Below, one piece after another: positions 60,845 to 64,000 of a DNA stretch of 64,000 nt (positions are counted from its first letter, which is position 1; the number at the start of each line of letters is the position of its first letter). This DNA comes from Heteronotia binoei (taxonomy: Eukaryota). A model generated the notes under the pieces. It was not told the DNA's origin and made no database searches. It saw only the letters and a list, made by a program, of their open reading frames with translations. The translations under genes were made by a program, and so were the position numbers. Location: the NCBI RefSeq assembly GCF_032191835.1, contig NC_083227.1, forward strand, positions 37,324,001 to 37,388,000, given 5' to 3'.

Positions 60845-62638
60845 ACAACTGATGGATAAATTAAAAACTAATAAGTCACCAGGTCCAAATGGTATACATC
60901 CAAGGGTTCTGAATCTCCTGCCAAAAATATGTAATCTTTAATTGAAATCTCCCTCCGTTCCTGAGGACTGGAAGGTATCAAATGTCACCCCCATCTTTAA
61001 AAAGGGTTTCATAGGAGATCCAGGAAACTACAGGCCAGTCAGTCTGACTTCAATACCGGGAAAGTTGGTAGAAACCATTATCAAGGACAGAATGAGTAGG
61101 CACATTAATGAACACAATTTATTGAGGAAGAGTCAGCATGGGTTCTGTAAGGGAAGATCTTGCCTCACTAACCTGTTACATTTCTTTGAGGGGGTGAACA
61201 AACATGTGGACAAAAGAGACCCAATAGATGTTGTTTACCTTGACTTCCAGAAAGCTTTTGATAAAGTTCCTCATCAAAGGCTCCTTAGTAAGCTCGAGAG
61301 TCATGGAGTAAAAGGACAGGACCTCTTGTGGATCCAAAACTGGCTAATAGGAAGCAGAGAGTGAGTATGAATGGGCAGTCTTTGCAGTGGAGGACGTTAA
61401 GCAGTGGGGTGCCGCAGGGCTCAGTACTGGGTCCCATGCTCTTTAACTTGTTCATTAATGATTTGGAGTTGGGAGTAAGCAGTGAAGTGGCTAAGTTTGT
61501 GGATGACACTAAATTGTTCAGGGTGGTGAGAACCAGAGAGGATTGTGAGGAACTCCAAAGGGATCTGTTGAGGATGGGTGAGTGGCAGATGAGGGCGTCA
61601 ACGTGGCAGATGAGGTTCAATGAGGCCAAGTGCAAAGTAATGCACATTGTGGGCAAAAATCCCAGCTACAAATACAAGTTGATGGGGTATTAACTGGCAG
61701 AGACTGACCAAGAGAGAGATCTTGGGGTCATTAATATTAATTTATTATTATTTTTAATTAATTTTATTTCTATCCCGCCCTCCCCGCCGGAGCAGGCTCA
61801 GGGCGGCTCACAACATAAAATACAAATTACATCCATTATATTTATAAAAACATGGTTAAAAAATAATATATATATATATTTTTTGGTCATGGTAGACAAC
61901 TCACAAAAATGTCAAGACAGTGTGCGGTTGCAATAAAAAAGGCCAACGGGAATTACTAGGAAGGGAACTGAAAACAAATCAGCCAGTATCATAATGCCCC
62001 TGTATAAATCAATGGTGTGGTCTCATTTGGAATATTGTGTACAACTCTGGTCACCGCACCTCAAAAAAGATATTATAGCATTGGAAAAAGTCCAGAAAAG
62101 GGCAACTAGAATGATTAAAGGTTTGGAACACTTTCCCTATGAAGAAAGGTTAAAACGCTTGGGTCTCTTTAGCTTTGAGAAACGTCGACTGCGGGGTGAC
62201 ATGATAGAATTTTACAAGATTATGCATGGGATGGAGAAAGTAGAGAAAGAAGTACTTTTCTTCCTTTCTCACAGTACAAGAACTCGTGGGCATTCAATGA
62301 AATTGCTGAGCAGCCGGGTTAGAATGGATAAAAGGAAGTACTTCTTCACCCAAAGGGTGATTGACATGTGGAATTCACTGCCACAGGAGGTGGTGATGGA
62401 TAAAAATATGGAGCAGAGGTCTATCTGTGGCTATTAGCCACAGTGTATTATTGGAACTGTCTGGGGCAGTGATGCTCTGTATTCTTGGTGCTTGGGGTGG
62501 GGGGCAAAATGGAAGGGCTTCTAGACCCACTTGTGAACCTTCTGATGACACTTGGGGTTTTTTTTGGCCACTATGTGACACAGAGTGTTGGACTGGATGG
62601 GTCATTGGCCTGATCCAACATGGTTTCTCTTATGTTCT
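60845..62638 (+). mobile_element. 5'-truncated CR1 LINE with a nested L2-type tail (about 61727..61880, - strand)
   Basis: KSPGPNGIHPRVL, GDPGNYRPVSLTS, VYLDFQKAFDKVPH, GVPQGSVLGP, KFVDDTKL and EERLKRLGLFSFEKRRLRGD; same 3' UTR as 25700..27284. Confidence 0.92.
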
Positions 62639-62644
62639 CTTTTA

Positions 62645-62695
62645 GAAAGCCAGTTTGGTGTAGTGGTTAAGCGTGCGGACTCTTATCTGGGAGAA
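62645..62695 (+). mobile_element. Isolated tRNA-like head of a Squam3-like SINE
   Basis: GAAAGCCAGTTTGGTGTAGTGGTTAAGCGTGCGGACTCTTATCTGGGAGAA, then unrelated sequence. Confidence 0.7.
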
Positions 62696-64000
62696 GGTAC
62701 AAAAAGGATTCTGATCAGACCCACTTTGGATTGCTCTGCGTGAGCTGGCTTCAGTTTGCTTTCCCTTTTCCTACTCTAATCAGCCTCTCACCCTACCACG
62801 ATTTTCTGAGATGGCTGAACAGTGTGGGATTCTCCAGGAGCGCAATCCTGCTTGGATTTACTCCAGAGCAATCCCACTGAGGAGCACCAGGGACCTCTGA
62901 CATAGGCTTTCCAACCCCCCCGCCCTGGCGGGGGACCCCCTGATTAGCAGCCTCATCCCCTGCTCTCAAAAAATCTGGAAGTGGGGGGGGGGGGAGGGAG
63001 GAGAATGCAGGCTCTCCAGGCAGGCTTCCCTTTGCTGTCGGAGCTTGGGGGTACTATCAGGTTCGTTGCTTCACTGAGGCTGGGAGGCTTGGGAGCTTTT
63101 ATTTTGAGCTATGTGCTCACTCGTGGGTGGCTAAGTACAATCGGGAAGAGTTGGGACTTGCCTGCCTAGTGCGGCATTTGGAGCAATAAATTTCCCCTGC
63201 TCCTTTAAACAGGTTCCCTAGCTTCCTCTCCCCCCCCCACCACCTCGGCTCCTCCCTTCCCAACTCAGTTTCACTTCGGCACTTGCTCCTCCCAGACTCA
63301 GCTTTTCCTCCTCCTTCCTCAGCTTCCTTCCACTTGGTCTCCCAAACAAACTTTTCTTCTTCTCTCCCAACTGCACTGTAAGTTGTAATTTTTTTTCTGA
63401 GTGTAAAGGTGGGCGTGGGGGAGAGGTTTGGACCTGGACAAAACAGGGCTCCAGCAACAGGATTTCAGGGCCAGTTTTTAATTTAAAAATAAAATAAAAT
63501 AAAGGGCACAGAAGAGGATTTTCCAGGAGGAAAGACTTGCACAGTGGAGGGGTGGATAATAGAAAGAAGCAGAAAAGCAAGGAGCTAAAAAACCAAGAAC
63601 AGAAGCCTTTCTGCAGCATATCCTGGAAAGATGCCAGCCTCCAAGTGGGAGCTGGGGTTCCCCTAAAATTACAGGTCATCTCCAACCTACAAAGATCAGA
63701 AGTGGACAAGAGCTATTCTGTGCTAATCTCCAGGGGAACTGAAAGGATAAGGTATTTCTCTGTTTTAGAACCAGTTTGCTATGTACAGTCATGCAACATA
63801 TCAGAGCCGTGCATTGTTACAAATGTTTAAAAACAGCCTATTGTGAAGAATATTTTCCAGCTATGCAAATATGTCAGGGTTTGGTCCTTGATGGCCCACA
63901 AGCCTGTTTAAAAGGTGGATATGAGACATATGCAAAGAAATAATTTTTCATCTTGGATTTGGCTGACAGAGGTGCTAAGAGATTTCTTTATGCCAGTTAT

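Larger units (their letters stand above)
53803..64000. repeat. Copy 2 of the recent duplication (matches 1..7667, plus 2,526 bp absent from copy 1)
   Basis: Direct colinearity, with the same nested TEs at the same positions. Confidence 0.97.

Noticed and set aside
53803-64000. Duplication as a pure assembly artefact
   Set aside because: The copies differ by many substitutions, indels and a 2.5-kb deletion. An uncollapsed haplotype remains possible but is less likely; reads are needed to settle it.

Overview
Eukaryotic, repeat-dense DNA from a squamate reptile, probably a gecko. The taxon is inferred from the repeat families (Squam3-like and Sauria/Squam1-like SINEs, BovB, CR1, L2, DIRS) and from the SCAN-KRAB gene style. 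There are no prokaryotic features and no CRISPR arrays. Two paralogous multi-exon SCAN-KRAB-C2H2 zinc-finger genes lie on the + strand. ZNF-A is join(12850..13272,15114..15228,17255..17325,17512..17638,[19226..19342],24415..25709). ZNF-B is join(42966..43388,44788..44902,46199..46269,47130..47256,[52063..52179],52385..54336). The window opens in the last exon of a third copy, ZNF-B' (1..720). Between ZNF-A and ZNF-B, on the - strand, are three intact exons (37874..37720, 36110..35998, 34303..34180) of an NK-receptor-type C-type lectin domain that the ORF track misses; I could not locate its cytoplasmic or transmembrane exons. Two layers of duplication are visible: an old A/B duplication with an offset of about 30 kb, and a recent one in which 1..7667 recurs at 53803..64000 (offset 53,802; about 1-3% divergence by eye). 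Several insertions directly alter the ZNF genes. A CR1 truncates the ZNF-A finger array and supplies its stop codon. A 5'-complete L1 duplicates the polypyrimidine tract of the ZNF-A finger exon. A duplicated terminal exon appears to have become a 117-nt cassette exon, and a duplicated exon-2 stub could yield SCAN-only isoforms. All calls come from manual reading and translation; no database searches were run.
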